From Thermodesulfobacteriota bacterium (GTDB lineage: Bacteria > Desulfobacterota > Desulfobacteria > Desulfobacterales > SURF-7), in contig JBMORA010000039.1 in the NCBI GenBank assembly GCA_049320885.1, forward strand, positions 1 to 64,000: 64,000 bases of DNA, given 5' to 3'. Positions 28,390-37,604 of the stretch are shown here, piece after piece; positions within the stretch are counted from its first letter, which is position 1; every line of letters starts with the position of its first letter. The notes under the pieces were generated by a model. It saw nothing but the letters and a program-made list of their open reading frames with translations, was not told the origin of the DNA and ran no database searches. A program made the translations under genes and the position numbers.

Positions 28390-29445
28390 TCACACCATGG
28401 GTGCGGGAATGAATATTTTGCCGTAGAGGGTCAAGGCATGCTGGTCCGTCAGACTGGCAATGAAGTCACAGACCTGCCGTTTCTGATCGGTGTCGTTGCT
28501 GCGCGGTCTGTCCATTTCCATCCCCTTGACCTCCTTCTGCAGCTGGCGGGGATTGTCGATGAAGTAGGCGTACAACTCGGTCAGAATTTTTTTGGCTTTT
28601 ACAAACTCCCGGTGCACATGCTCCGAGCGGTAGACATGATGAAATAAAAATTCCCGGAGTTTCATCATGGCCGAAAAAACGTCATCGCTGATGCGCAGGG
28701 TGAGTTTGGAGTCTTCAATGACGCTGGAGTGGATCACATCCCGAATCATGGCGGTGGCTCTGGCCGAATGCGTGGCCCCGAGGATTTTCTTGCAATCCGC
28801 CGGCACCTGTTTCGCCTTGATCACTCCGCTCCGGATGGCGTCATCCAGGTCATGGTTCAAGTAGGCCATGATATCGGCAATGCGGACGACGCGCCCCTCG
28901 GCCGTTTCGGCCATTTCGGCGGGATTGGAAGGAATGATTTCACCGAATCCTTTTGAATGCTTCAAAATGCCGTCACGCACTTCATGGGTTAAATTCAGTC
29001 CGTTGCCATTTTTTTCCAGGACGTCCACCACCCGCAGGCTTTGCTCGTTGTGGGAGAAGTCCAGGGAATAAATTTCTTTCAGGGCGATTTCCCCGCCATG
29101 GCCGAAAGGCGTGTGGCCGAGGTCGTGTCCCAAGGCGATGGCCTCCGCCAGATCTTCATTCAATCGCATGGCCCGCGAGATGGTGCGTGCTATTTCAGCC
29201 ACTTCCAGGGTATGGGTCAACCGGGTGCGGTAATGGTCACCCAGGGGGGATAGAAAAACCTGGGTTTTGTGTTTCAATCGTCTGAAGGCGTTGGAAAATA
29301 CGATCCGGTCGCGATCCCGCTGGAATTCGGTCCGGATGGGGCACTTGGACTCTTTTCGAAGGCGGCCCTTTGTCTGGACGCTGGGGCAACCGTATGGCGC
29401 GATAAAGCCATTTTCGCGTATTTCAAAACGTTCCCGGATCGACAT
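28390..29445 (-). CDS. dgt: Deoxyguanosinetriphosphate triphosphohydrolase-like protein (HD superfamily)
   Basis: FQRDRDRI, FRRLKHKTQVF, RTRLTHTLEV, GHDLGHTPFGHGGE, HNEQSLR, ADIMAYLNHDLDDA. Confidence 0.92.
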   Translation of the reverse strand: MSIRERFEIRENGFIAPYGCPSVQTKGRLRKESKCPIRTEFQRDRDRIVFSNAFRRLKHKTQVFLSPLGDHYRTRLTHTLEVAEIARTISRAMRLNEDLAEAIALGHDLGHTPFGHGGEIALKEIYSLDFSHNEQSLRVVDVLEKNGNGLNLTHEVRDGILKHSKGFGEIIPSNPAEMAETAEGRVVRIADIMAYLNHDLDDAIRSGVIKAKQVPADCKKILGATHSARATAMIRDVIHSSVIEDSKLTLRISDDVFSAMMKLREFLFHHVYRSEHVHREFVKAKKILTELYAYFIDNPRQLQKEVKGMEMDRPRSNDTDQKRQVCDFIASLTDQHALTLYGKIFIPAPMV

Positions 29446-29647
29446 AACCGATGACAATGCGCTGGATCAAGCGTGTGCTTCCGGTCACTATGCCGGATAC
29501 CCGATTGATCTTATGATAAAGATTGAGTATATTTCCACAGCGATGATCAATTGTAAAGGGTTTTTTGTCTTTCCCGTTTGATGCCCTTTATCTAACTATA
29601 TGTAAAGAATGGAGCATGATCGCGGAAAAAACGGAGGGTGATCGGGG

Positions 29648-30214
29648 GTGAACGATTCCGGCCATCATTACATATTCGGTCAGCTGGAAGATTATCTTAC
29701 CGGCAGGCGGTTGACGGACACCCACGACGAGCGGTATCGTCAGAGGCTGGCCCGTCTGCTGGTGGAATCATGCGGGTACGCACCCGAAGAAATCGCCGCC
29801 CGCATTCCCCTGATCGTAACCGCCGGAAACCGTAAGGCAAGGATAACGGTTGATTTCGCCATTTCCCTGGATTTCAGAGTCTGCATGGTCATCCAATACG
29901 GCCCCGGTTCGCTGGTCACCCGATATCGACCGGCATTGGCCATCTCCCGGATGATCGCATCCCATCAGATTCCCATCGTCGTCGTCACCAATGGTGAGCA
30001 GGCGGATATTCTGGATGGCCGGACAGGGAAAGTCCTCGGTTCGGGGCTGGACGCCATACCCGGCAGGGAAACGCTTCGTGTGCTGGCAGACCGTCATGGA
30101 TTCGAGGCGATTTCAGCCGGACGGCTGGAGAAGGAATCGAGAATTCTGTATGCTTTCGAGGTGGACGATCGATGCCCCTGCGATGACGGCGTCTGCCGGG
30201 AGGATGTGACATGA
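29648..30214 (+). CDS. Type I restriction enzyme HsdR N-terminal-like domain protein (stand-alone)
   Basis: DERYRQRLARLLVESCGY...VDFAI...VVVTNG pattern of HSDR_N_2-like domains; no helicase domain. Confidence 0.65.
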   Translation: MNDSGHHYIFGQLEDYLTGRRLTDTHDERYRQRLARLLVESCGYAPEEIAARIPLIVTAGNRKARITVDFAISLDFRVCMVIQYGPGSLVTRYRPALAISRMIASHQIPIVVVTNGEQADILDGRTGKVLGSGLDAIPGRETLRVLADRHGFEAISAGRLEKESRILYAFEVDDRCPCDDGVCREDVT

Positions 30215-30738
30215 CAGGAAGCACGGGAAAAGAAATTCAGGACGTCCGCTTCATGGAAATGGCGCTGGATGCGGCCGAGGCGGCACTCAAGGCCGGCGAG
30301 TTTCCGGTGGGATGCGTCATTGCGGACGAAAGCGGTGTCCTTGCGACAGGGGCCCGCACGGGAACGGCCGGAGAAAGCGCCAATGAAGTCGATCACGCGG
30401 AAATGACGGCTTTGAGGGAGCTGACCGGCCAGGGGGGACGGCGTGAATACCGGTCGTACTCGCTGTACACGACGCTGGAGCCCTGCCTGATGTGTTACGC
30501 CGCAATCCTGTTAACCGGCATCGGCCGGATTGTCTACGCCTATGAGGACGTCATGGGCGGCGGCCTGCATTGTGATTTGAATCAACTGCCCGCCCTTTAC
30601 CGGGAACGGCGGGCGGTCATCGTGCCGAATGTTCTCCGCGGCCGGAGCCTGGCTCTTTTCAAGGCGTTTTTTCAGGACCCGGACCGGGGATACTGGCGCG
30701 ACAGCTATTTGGCCCGCTACACGCTGGAGCAGGGATGA
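30211..30738 (+). CDS. Zn-dependent nucleoside/nucleotide deaminase (TadA/CDA family)
   Basis: FMEMALDAA, GEFPVGCVI, HAE, LYTTLEPCLMC. ATGA overlap with the upstream gene. Confidence 0.88.
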   Translation: MTGSTGKEIQDVRFMEMALDAAEAALKAGEFPVGCVIADESGVLATGARTGTAGESANEVDHAEMTALRELTGQGGRREYRSYSLYTTLEPCLMCYAAILLTGIGRIVYAYEDVMGGGLHCDLNQLPALYRERRAVIVPNVLRGRSLALFKAFFQDPDRGYWRDSYLARYTLEQG

Positions 30739-30823
30739 ATTGACAGGGCAGTCCAATTGGGTTATGGTGCAAGGACATGCGCGGGAATTGCTCCAAACGC
30801 CAGAGCCGTCGAAGCGACCACAT

Positions 30824-31252
30824 ATGATGACCATCCCCGATCCGAAATTATCCAAAGCCGAGATTCTTGTCCGCTTGAATGAGCTGTTGCAAGGGATGCC
30901 CCGGAAACGATTGTGGTCCATTCTCTATCAGCTGGAAGAGAAGCCATCCAGATGGAGGCGGCTGCATCCAAGAAAAAGCTGTTTTATTTCGGTAGATTAT
31001 GATACGAATGATTATTCGACCCGCAAGGACATCCGCAATGTAAGCGTCGGCGGGGCCTATATCGAAACCGGTGAGTCCTTTTCCGCCGGGCAGGAAATCG
31101 TACTGTGGTTTACGGATCCCCGCAATGAAAACATCGTCGTCAAGGTGCCGGGGAAAATCGTGCGGAGGGATCCGGGGGGCATCGGGGTGAAGTTTGAAAA
31201 TTTGAGCCCCCAACAGAAGGAACTGATTGCGATCTTCGAAAAAATGGAATAG
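30824..31252 (+). CDS. PilZ-domain protein (c-di-GMP receptor type)
   Basis: RRLHPR (RxxxR), NVSVGG ((D/N)xSxxG), GIGVKF. Confidence 0.85.
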   Translation: MMTIPDPKLSKAEILVRLNELLQGMPRKRLWSILYQLEEKPSRWRRLHPRKSCFISVDYDTNDYSTRKDIRNVSVGGAYIETGESFSAGQEIVLWFTDPRNENIVVKVPGKIVRRDPGGIGVKFENLSPQQKELIAIFEKME

Positions 31253-31264
31253 ATTATTTTTTAC

Positions 31265-31294
31265 TTGCATTTAAAAAAAATTCCTATATAAATT
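31265..31294 (+). promoter_or_regulatory. Sigma70-like promoter of the infC operon
   Basis: TTGCAT (31265-31270) followed 16-18 nt later by TATAAATT, in an AT-rich gap. Confidence 0.5.
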
Positions 31295-31375
31295 GTCTGC
31301 TTAAAATTTGTGAACCGCGCGCCGTCTTCGCCGGCGCCCCATGGAGCGATGATCCATTAATTCAGGAGGTAGGAT

Positions 31376-31903
31376 ATAAAAAAACCAAATAGGAACGGTG
31401 CTATTCGGACCAATATCAATCGAAATATCCGCGCTAAGGAAGTTCGGGTGATTGATCCTGAGGGTAATCAGCTGGGTGTATTGGCCATCCACAAGGCCCT
31501 GGCCACGGCAGGCGATTTCGGCTTGGACCTGGTGGAAGTTTCACCCACGGCAAATCCGCCTGTGTGCAAAATCATGGACTACGGGCGGTACAAGTATGAG
31601 CTGACCAAAAAGCAGCAGGAAGCCAAAAAAAAGCAGAGCACCTTTCAGGTTAAGGAAATCAAGGTTCGACCGAAAACCGGTGATCATGATTTGCAGACCA
31701 AGATCGGACATATCAAAAAATTTCTAGGCAAGAAAGATAAGGTCAAGGTAACGGTTGTTTTCAGGGGGCGCGAGATCACCCTGGCGGCCCTTGGAAAGGA
31801 AGTCCTTGATCAGATCATGGCGGAAACCGAAGCGCTCGCCGTGGTGGAGCAGCGGCCGAAATTCGAGGGCCGGACCATGGTGATGATTTTATCGCCCAAA
31901 TAA
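31376..31903 (+). CDS. infC: Translation initiation factor IF-3 (probable ATA start)
   Basis: INRNIRAKEVRVID, DLVEV, PPVCKIMDYG, KEIKVRP, FRGRE. AGGAGGT at 31364-31370 lies 5 nt before in-frame ATA 31376; the ORF-track GTG at 31448 would cut off the conserved N-terminus. Confidence 0.95.
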   Translation: MKKPNRNGAIRTNINRNIRAKEVRVIDPEGNQLGVLAIHKALATAGDFGLDLVEVSPTANPPVCKIMDYGRYKYELTKKQQEAKKKQSTFQVKEIKVRPKTGDHDLQTKIGHIKKFLGKKDKVKVTVVFRGREITLAALGKEVLDQIMAETEALAVVEQRPKFEGRTMVMILSPK

Positions 31904-32132
31904 GGGTTGCCGTTTTCTGCGCTGACCATTGTCCGCATCGAAAAGATCAACGCAAGGCGCATTCGTGATGTGGCGTGATGCCGGGAAGGGCATTCACGCC
32001 ATACGTGTTTGTATGATGCGGCAGATAACAGCGCGATGAATATCATCCCGCATGATGGAGCCCCCGCGTTTCAGGACGGGCTGCATCGTGGGGGGACACG
32101 AACGAAAAATATCAAGGTAAGGAGAGTGAACG

Positions 32133-32330
32133 ATGCCGAAGATTAAAACCAATCGGTCCGCGGCCAAACGGTTTAAAAAGACGGGCACGGGGAAAATTGT
32201 ATACCGGAAGTCCCATGCCAGCCATATTTTGACCAAAAAAACGACGAAACGGAAACGGTCGTTGCGGCGGAGCCAGATTGTCGACAAGGCCAACGCCAAG
32301 GGAATCAAACTGCTGTTGCCCAACGGATAA
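32133..32330 (+). CDS. rpmI: 50S ribosomal protein L35
   Basis: [21 protein letters not shown]...HILTKK. Confidence 0.97.
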   Translation: MPKIKTNRSAAKRFKKTGTGKIVYRKSHASHILTKKTTKRKRSLRRSQIVDKANAKGIKLLLPNG

Positions 32331-32418
32331 GCCCTAACCGGAGCCCGAAGGCGGTGTTGGACAGCAACGATCCGTTTTGGCAAGAGGGGTCGTTCCGGTT
32401 TATGCAAAGGAGAAAGAA

Positions 32419-32769
32419 ATGAGAATAAAAAGAGGATTTAAGGCAAGAAGAAGGCGGGACAAGGTATTGAAGCTGGCCAAGGGGTTCCGCGGCGGCCGAA
32501 GCAAACTGTTTCGAACCGCGGCGGATTCCGTCGACAAGGCCTTGACGTATGCGTATCGGGATCGGCGCGTCCGGAAACGGGATTACCGGAAGCTCTGGAT
32601 CGCCAGAATCAATGCCGCGACCCGAATGAACGATCTGAGCTACAGCAAGTTCATTCATGGATTGAAGCAAGCCAATGTGGAAATCGATCGAAAGGTGTTG
32701 GCGGATCTGGCTGTGTCCGATCCATCCGGATTTTCCAAAATAGTTGAGTTCGCATCCCGGCAGTCGTAA
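32419..32769 (+). CDS. rplT: 50S ribosomal protein L20
   Basis: MRIKRG...LKLAKGFRG...AYRDRR...LWIARINAA...DRKVLADLA. Confidence 0.97.
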   Translation: MRIKRGFKARRRRDKVLKLAKGFRGGRSKLFRTAADSVDKALTYAYRDRRVRKRDYRKLWIARINAATRMNDLSYSKFIHGLKQANVEIDRKVLADLAVSDPSGFSKIVEFASRQS

Positions 32770-32873
32770 TGACGGAGCGGCGGCGTTTGTTCAGCAGCGC
32801 AGCCGCATGATCCAACGGATCAACAGGCGATACGGGATCGATTCCGGAGCAACCGATACGACGGAAGTATAAC

Positions 32874-33896
32874 GTGCAAGCGCAAACACTGGACAATACG
32901 ATCGAGCAGATCAGGAACGCGGCTCTGGCGGAACTGAACGCCGCTGCCGATACGGAAGCGGTAAAGGCCGTGGGGGTGCGATACCTGGGCCGTAAGGGTG
33001 AGATCACTCAGTTTTTACGGAACATAGCAGCCCTGCCGGAGGCCGAACGACCCGCGGCCGGGAAGGCGGCCAATTCCGTCAAACAGTTGCTGGAAAATCG
33101 AATCAATGAAATCCTGGAGCAGTTTGCGGCCAGCCGACGGACCCAGGTGGAAGAAATCGACGTGACCCTGCCCGGCCGGCCGGCGGTGCATGGCTCCCTG
33201 CATCCGATTTCCCAGATCAACCAGGAGATCGTCGATATTTTCACCCGGCTGGGATTCGATATCGCCGAGGGCCCGGAAGTCGAAACCGACTGGTATAATT
33301 TCGAGGCGCTCAATTTTCCCAAGAACCATCCGGCCCGGGACATGCAGGACACGTTTTTTGTGTCCACCGATATCGTTTTACGCACGCATACATCCCCCCT
33401 GCAGGTCCGGATCATGGAGAAACAACCGCCGCCGGTGAGCGTCATCGCTCCCGGGAAGGTCTATCGGTGCGATTCGGATTTGACGCATACCCCCATGTTT
33501 CATCAGGTGGAAGGCCTGATGGTGGATGAAGGCATCAGTTTCGGGGACTTGAAAGGAATATTGACCGCTTTCGTCCATCAGATGTTTGATTCCCGGACAG
33601 CGCTGCGGTTCCGCCCGAGCTTTTTCCCGTTTACCGAACCAAGCGCGGAGGTGGACATTCTCTGTGTCATGTGCCGCGGAAAAGGATGCCGGGTTTGTTC
33701 CCAATCCGGCTGGCTGGAAGTATTGGGTTCCGGAATGGTCCATCCGGCCGTATTTGAAAATGTGCGGTATGATACCGGCAAGTACACGGGATTCGCGTTC
33801 GGTATGGGGGTCGAACGGATTGCCATGCTGAAATATGGAATTGATGATCTGCGCCGATTTTTTGAAAACGATATCCGATTTCTGAGGCAGTTTTAG
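32874..33896 (+). CDS. pheS: Phenylalanyl-tRNA synthetase alpha subunit
   Basis: HPARDMQDTF, LRTHTSP, THTPMFHQVEG, FRPSFFPFTEPS, GFAFGMGVER. Confidence 0.97.
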   Translation: MQAQTLDNTIEQIRNAALAELNAAADTEAVKAVGVRYLGRKGEITQFLRNIAALPEAERPAAGKAANSVKQLLENRINEILEQFAASRRTQVEEIDVTLPGRPAVHGSLHPISQINQEIVDIFTRLGFDIAEGPEVETDWYNFEALNFPKNHPARDMQDTFFVSTDIVLRTHTSPLQVRIMEKQPPPVSVIAPGKVYRCDSDLTHTPMFHQVEGLMVDEGISFGDLKGILTAFVHQMFDSRTALRFRPSFFPFTEPSAEVDILCVMCRGKGCRVCSQSGWLEVLGSGMVHPAVFENVRYDTGKYTGFAFGMGVERIAMLKYGIDDLRRFFENDIRFLRQF

Positions 33897-33897
33897 C

Positions 33898-36312
33898 ATG
33901 AAGATCAGTTTGAAATGGCTGCAGGAATATGTTTCTGTTGACATGCCGCCGGCGGATTTGGCGGATGCGTTGACCATGATGGGGCTTGAGGTGGAAAGCG
34001 TTGCCGACCGCTATGGTTACCTGGATACGGTGGTTGTCGGCCGCATTACGGAAATCACACCCCATCCGGAAAGCGCCGGACTGAAAATCTGCCGCGTGGA
34101 TACCGGGGCCCAATCCCGAACGGTTGTTTGCGGCGCCCCCAATGCCACCATCGGCCTGATGGCGCCCATGGCCTTGCCGGGCACGGTGATGCCGGACGGG
34201 ACCCGCCTTGAAACCCGGATGGTCCGGAATCAGGTTTCGGAAGGTATGCTGTGCAGTGCGGGAGAATTGGGGCTGGGAGCCGATCGTTCCGGTCTGATGG
34301 CGCTGCCCGGATCGACGCCGGCGGGGACGCCCCTGGCAGCCGCCCTGGGATTGGCGGATGCGATTCTGGAGGTGGAACTGACCCCGAATCGCGCGGATTG
34401 CCTCAGTGTCATGGGCATCGCCCGGGAAGTGGCGGCCATATGCAAGCAACCGCTTCGGTACCCCAAAACGGAAATCCCCTCGAAAAGAAATGAAATTTCG
34501 GACCACGCGGCGGTGACGATCCAGGCCCCCCGGCTATGCCCGCGGTATGCCGCCCGGCTGCTGTTCGACGTAACCGTCGGACCATCTCCCCTATGGCTCC
34601 AGGACCGCCTGATGTCCGTCGGATTGCGGCCGATCAACAATATCGTCGATGTGACCAATTTTGTGATGCTGGAAACAGGTCAGCCCCTGCATGCCTTTGA
34701 TTTCGACCGCCTGGATGAAAACCGGATTATTGTCCGGGAGGCGGTCAGCGGGGAGACCTTCGTCACCCTGGACCAGAAGGAGCGGTCCCTTTCTCCCGGG
34801 ATGCTGCTGATCTGCGATGGCCGAAAACCCGTTGCCTTGGCGGGTGTCATGGGCGGAATGAATTCCGAAATTCAGCCGGATACCAGGCGGGTCTTGATCG
34901 AAAGCGCCTGTTTTGATCCCGGCTCCATCCGCACGACGGCCAAAAGACTGGGGTTGAATACGGATGCATCCCATCGGTTCGAAAGGGGTGTTGATCCGGC
35001 GGGAACCGTTTCGGCATTGAACCGGGCGGCGCTGATGATGGCCGAGCTGGCCGGCGGCCGGATCGCGGAAGGAGTTATCGATGCCCATCCCGGCCAGCGG
35101 GAACCATTGGTGATTCATCTGGATGTCCGCCGGACGAACCGGCTTTTGGGGCTGAATCTCCGTCCGCAGGAAATGGCCGACCTGCTACGTTCCATCGAAT
35201 TCAAAATCACGGGTGAGGATGCGGACACCCTGACGGTGATGCCGCCCTCTTTCCGGGTGGATGTTTTCCGGCCTGAGGATTTGGCGGAGGAAATCGCCCG
35301 GCTTTCGGGGTACAACAACATCCCCACGACTTTTCCGCCCATGCTGACCGGCAAACGCAAGACCGACGCCATGATTGCCGTGCGGGACAGAATCCGGCGG
35401 GTGATGCTCGGGTTCGGTTTTTATGAGGCGATCAATTACAGTTTTGTCAGCCCCAGGGCCTGTGACAATCTGAGACTGGTGGCGGATGATCCGCGGCGGT
35501 CCGTCGTTTCAATATTGAATCCGCTGACGGAAGAGCAGTCGGTTTTGAGGACTTCGCTGTTGCCGGGGCTGCTGGAAACCATGCAACGGAACAATGCCCG
35601 GCAAGTCGGCAGTGCCAAACTGTTTGAAACCGGAAAGATTTTCATCCATACCGCTCCGAATCAGCAACCCGTGGAAACGGAAATGCTGGCGGGTCTTTGG
35701 ACCGGGCTGCGCAGTCGGTTTTCCTGGCATGACAAGGAACAGCCCTGTGATTTCTATGATATCAAGGGGGTTTTGGAAGGGCTTGGCGACTCCCTGGGAA
35801 TTCCCGGTCTGGTGTTTGCGACCATACCCGCTGACGCTTGCCGGTATACCAGGCCCGGGGTCGGAGCGGCCGTTTCAGTGGCCGGGGAAGCCATCGGTAT
35901 CATCGGGGAAACCCACCCGGACGTGCTGGCCAATTTCGGCCTGAAGCAGACCGCCTTCTTTTTCGAAATCAGCCTGCCGGTGCTGGCACGGCATATACCG
36001 ACGGCCAAAAACAGCCGGCAGTTACCGAAATATCCATCCGTATCCCGGGACCTGACGCTGATCATCGACAAGCGGATCGCGGCTGTCGATATTCTGTCGA
36101 AAATCGAAAGCGCCGAACAACAGCTGGTGGAGGATATCATCCTCTTTGACGTATATGAAGGCCGTCCGATTCCCGACGACAAAAAAAGCATTTCCATCCG
36201 GTTGGTATATCGTTCGGCGGAAATGACCCTGGAAGACGATCTGGTGAATCGGGTTCATGGCGACATCACCCGGAATCTATTGGCGGCTTTTCACGCCGCC
36301 TTGCCGGCCTGA
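33898..36312 (+). CDS. pheT: Phenylalanyl-tRNA synthetase beta subunit
   Basis: MKISLKWL, VCGAPN, SEGMLCS, TPNRADCLS, GQPLHAFD, RFERGVD, C-terminal FDX-ACB domain. Confidence 0.97.
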   Translation: MKISLKWLQEYVSVDMPPADLADALTMMGLEVESVADRYGYLDTVVVGRITEITPHPESAGLKICRVDTGAQSRTVVCGAPNATIGLMAPMALPGTVMPDGTRLETRMVRNQVSEGMLCSAGELGLGADRSGLMALPGSTPAGTPLAAALGLADAILEVELTPNRADCLSVMGIAREVAAICKQPLRYPKTEIPSKRNEISDHAAVTIQAPRLCPRYAARLLFDVTVGPSPLWLQDRLMSVGLRPINNIVDVTNFVMLETGQPLHAFDFDRLDENRIIVREAVSGETFVTLDQKERSLSPGMLLICDGRKPVALAGVMGGMNSEIQPDTRRVLIESACFDPGSIRTTAKRLGLNTDASHRFERGVDPAGTVSALNRAALMMAELAGGRIAEGVIDAHPGQREPLVIHLDVRRTNRLLGLNLRPQEMADLLRSIEFKITGEDADTLTVMPPSFRVDVFRPEDLAEEIARLSGYNNIPTTFPPMLTGKRKTDAMIAVRDRIRRVMLGFGFYEAINYSFVSPRACDNLRLVADDPRRSVVSILNPLTEEQSVLRTSLLPGLLETMQRNNARQVGSAKLFETGKIFIHTAPNQQPVETEMLAGLWTGLRSRFSWHDKEQPCDFYDIKGVLEGLGDSLGIPGLVFATIPADACRYTRPGVGAAVSVAGEAIGIIGETHPDVLANFGLKQTAFFFEISLPVLARHIPTAKNSRQLPKYPSVSRDLTLIIDKRIAAVDILSKIESAEQQLVEDIILFDVYEGRPIPDDKKSISIRLVYRSAEMTLEDDLVNRVHGDITRNLLAAFHAALPA

Positions 36313-36339
36313 CGGCAAAACAGCGGCTAACGGTGGAGT

Positions 36340-36702
36340 TTGGACTTGTCGACGGAAGATCTGAAAACGGGAAAGGATATACCGGATAAGCGGTATTTCC
36401 GGATCGGCGAGGTCAGTGCGTTGACCGGACTGGAATCATACGTGCTCCGCTTTTGGGAGACGGAGTTCAAAGGGATCAGCCCCAAGCGGACGGAATCGGG
36501 CCAGCGCCTCTACCGGCGGTCGGATGTGGAACTGATCCATAAGATCAAACACCTGCTCCACGAAAAAAAATTTACCATCCAGGGGGCGAAACAATATTTG
36601 AACGCCAGCCCGAAAAAGGACCGCAACTCCGTTTTGACCATCGATGAAATCCGTTCGGAACTGTTGGTGATCCGGGAAATCCTGTCCCTGGATGCCGGAT
36701 AA
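36340..36702 (+). CDS. MerR-family transcriptional regulator (pheT-linked type)
   Basis: IPDKRYFRIGEVS...VLRFWETEF...GQRLY...FTIQGAK. Confidence 0.9.
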   Translation: MDLSTEDLKTGKDIPDKRYFRIGEVSALTGLESYVLRFWETEFKGISPKRTESGQRLYRRSDVELIHKIKHLLHEKKFTIQGAKQYLNASPKKDRNSVLTIDEIRSELLVIREILSLDAG

Positions 36703-36745
36703 GCGGACGGGATAATTTTTCCAGCCCCCGCAATAAAGTTCCTTA

Positions 36746-36776
36746 TTGACAAATCCCCTATTTTATCATAAATAAT
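36746..36776 (+). promoter_or_regulatory. Sigma70 promoter for tRNA-Gly / rimP operon
   Basis: TTGACA at 36746-36751 and an AT-rich -10 region (TAAATAAT, 36769-36776) just upstream of the tRNA. Confidence 0.55.
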
Positions 36777-36791
36777 GCACCGCTTTGATAT

Positions 36792-36867
36792 GCGGGCATA
36801 GCTCAGTTGGTAGAGTACAAGCTTCCCAAGCTTGGTGTCGCGAGTTCGAATCTCGTTGCCCGCTCCA
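36792..36867 (+). tRNA. tRNA-Gly (anticodon CCC)
   Basis: 76-nt cloverleaf: acceptor GCGGGCA/TGCCCGC, D arm GCTC-AGTTGGTA-GAGT, anticodon stem CAAGC-TTCCCAA-GCTTG, T loop GTTCGAATC, encoded CCA end. Confidence 0.97.
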
Positions 36868-37006
36868 GAAAAGCCTGCCTTTTCCAGATGTCTTTTGAAA
36901 AAGGGTAGTACTTTATTTTTGCTGTAATCAATGGATTTTTTCTATGGTTCATGCATAAGTAGATAAAGTTTTCTATTAGGCACCAGAAAGTCTACCTGAT
37001 CGTCGG

Positions 37007-37034
37007 AAACGGGCAATTGCCCGTTTTTGTTTTT
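37007..37034 (+). promoter_or_regulatory. rimP-leader attenuator hairpin
   Basis: AAACGGGC-AATT-GCCCGTTT followed by TTGTTTTT directly upstream of rimP; matches the known GGGc...gCCC rimP-leader motif. Confidence 0.7.
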
Positions 37035-37049
37035 AAGAAAGGCAAGCGG

Positions 37050-37604
37050 ATGGCACTGAAGAGACAGAACAGGAAAAAGACGCCGAAAGAAGAGCAACCG
37101 CCGGCCGCGGATTCTGTCAAGCCCATTCTTCCGGCCAAGGCGGTGGTGGACCGGGCTACGGAAATTGCCGCGCCATTGTGCGCGTCCCAGGGGATTGAAT
37201 TGGTGCATGTGGAATATCGCCATGAGTCTCAAGGGCAGATGTTGCGCGTCTATATTGATAAGCCCGGCGGCGTCAAACTGGACGATTGCGTCCGGGTGAG
37301 CCGGGAGCTGGGGGATTCCCTGGATGTTCACCTGGAAACCGGCATCCCGTACCATCTGGAGGTTTCATCCCCGGGAACGGATCGCCCGCTGGTGAAGGAA
37401 AGTGATTATGAACGATTCAAAGGCGAGGTCGCTATGATCAGAACCACAAAACCGCTCGAGGGGCGGAAAAATTTCAAAGGCGTCCTGTTGGGGATTACGG
37501 AAGGAGAGGTGCAAGTGGACCTGGGGAATCAGATCGTTTCCATTCCTCATCGGGATATAACCAGAGGAAGGCTCGTTACTTATTACGGAGACAAACGATG
37601 CTAA
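37050..37604 (+). CDS. rimP: Ribosome maturation factor RimP
   Basis: LRVYIDKPGGVKLDDC, YHLEVSSPGTDRPL, GRKNFKG. Confidence 0.95.
   Translation: MALKRQNRKKTPKEEQPPAADSVKPILPAKAVVDRATEIAAPLCASQGIELVHVEYRHESQGQMLRVYIDKPGGVKLDDCVRVSRELGDSLDVHLETGIPYHLEVSSPGTDRPLVKESDYERFKGEVAMIRTTKPLEGRKNFKGVLLGITEGEVQVDLGNQIVSIPHRDITRGRLVTYYGDKRC

Noticed and set aside
36792..36960. Integrated element at tRNA-Gly
   Set aside because: No integrase, no duplicated tRNA 3' end seen, and rimP follows directly.
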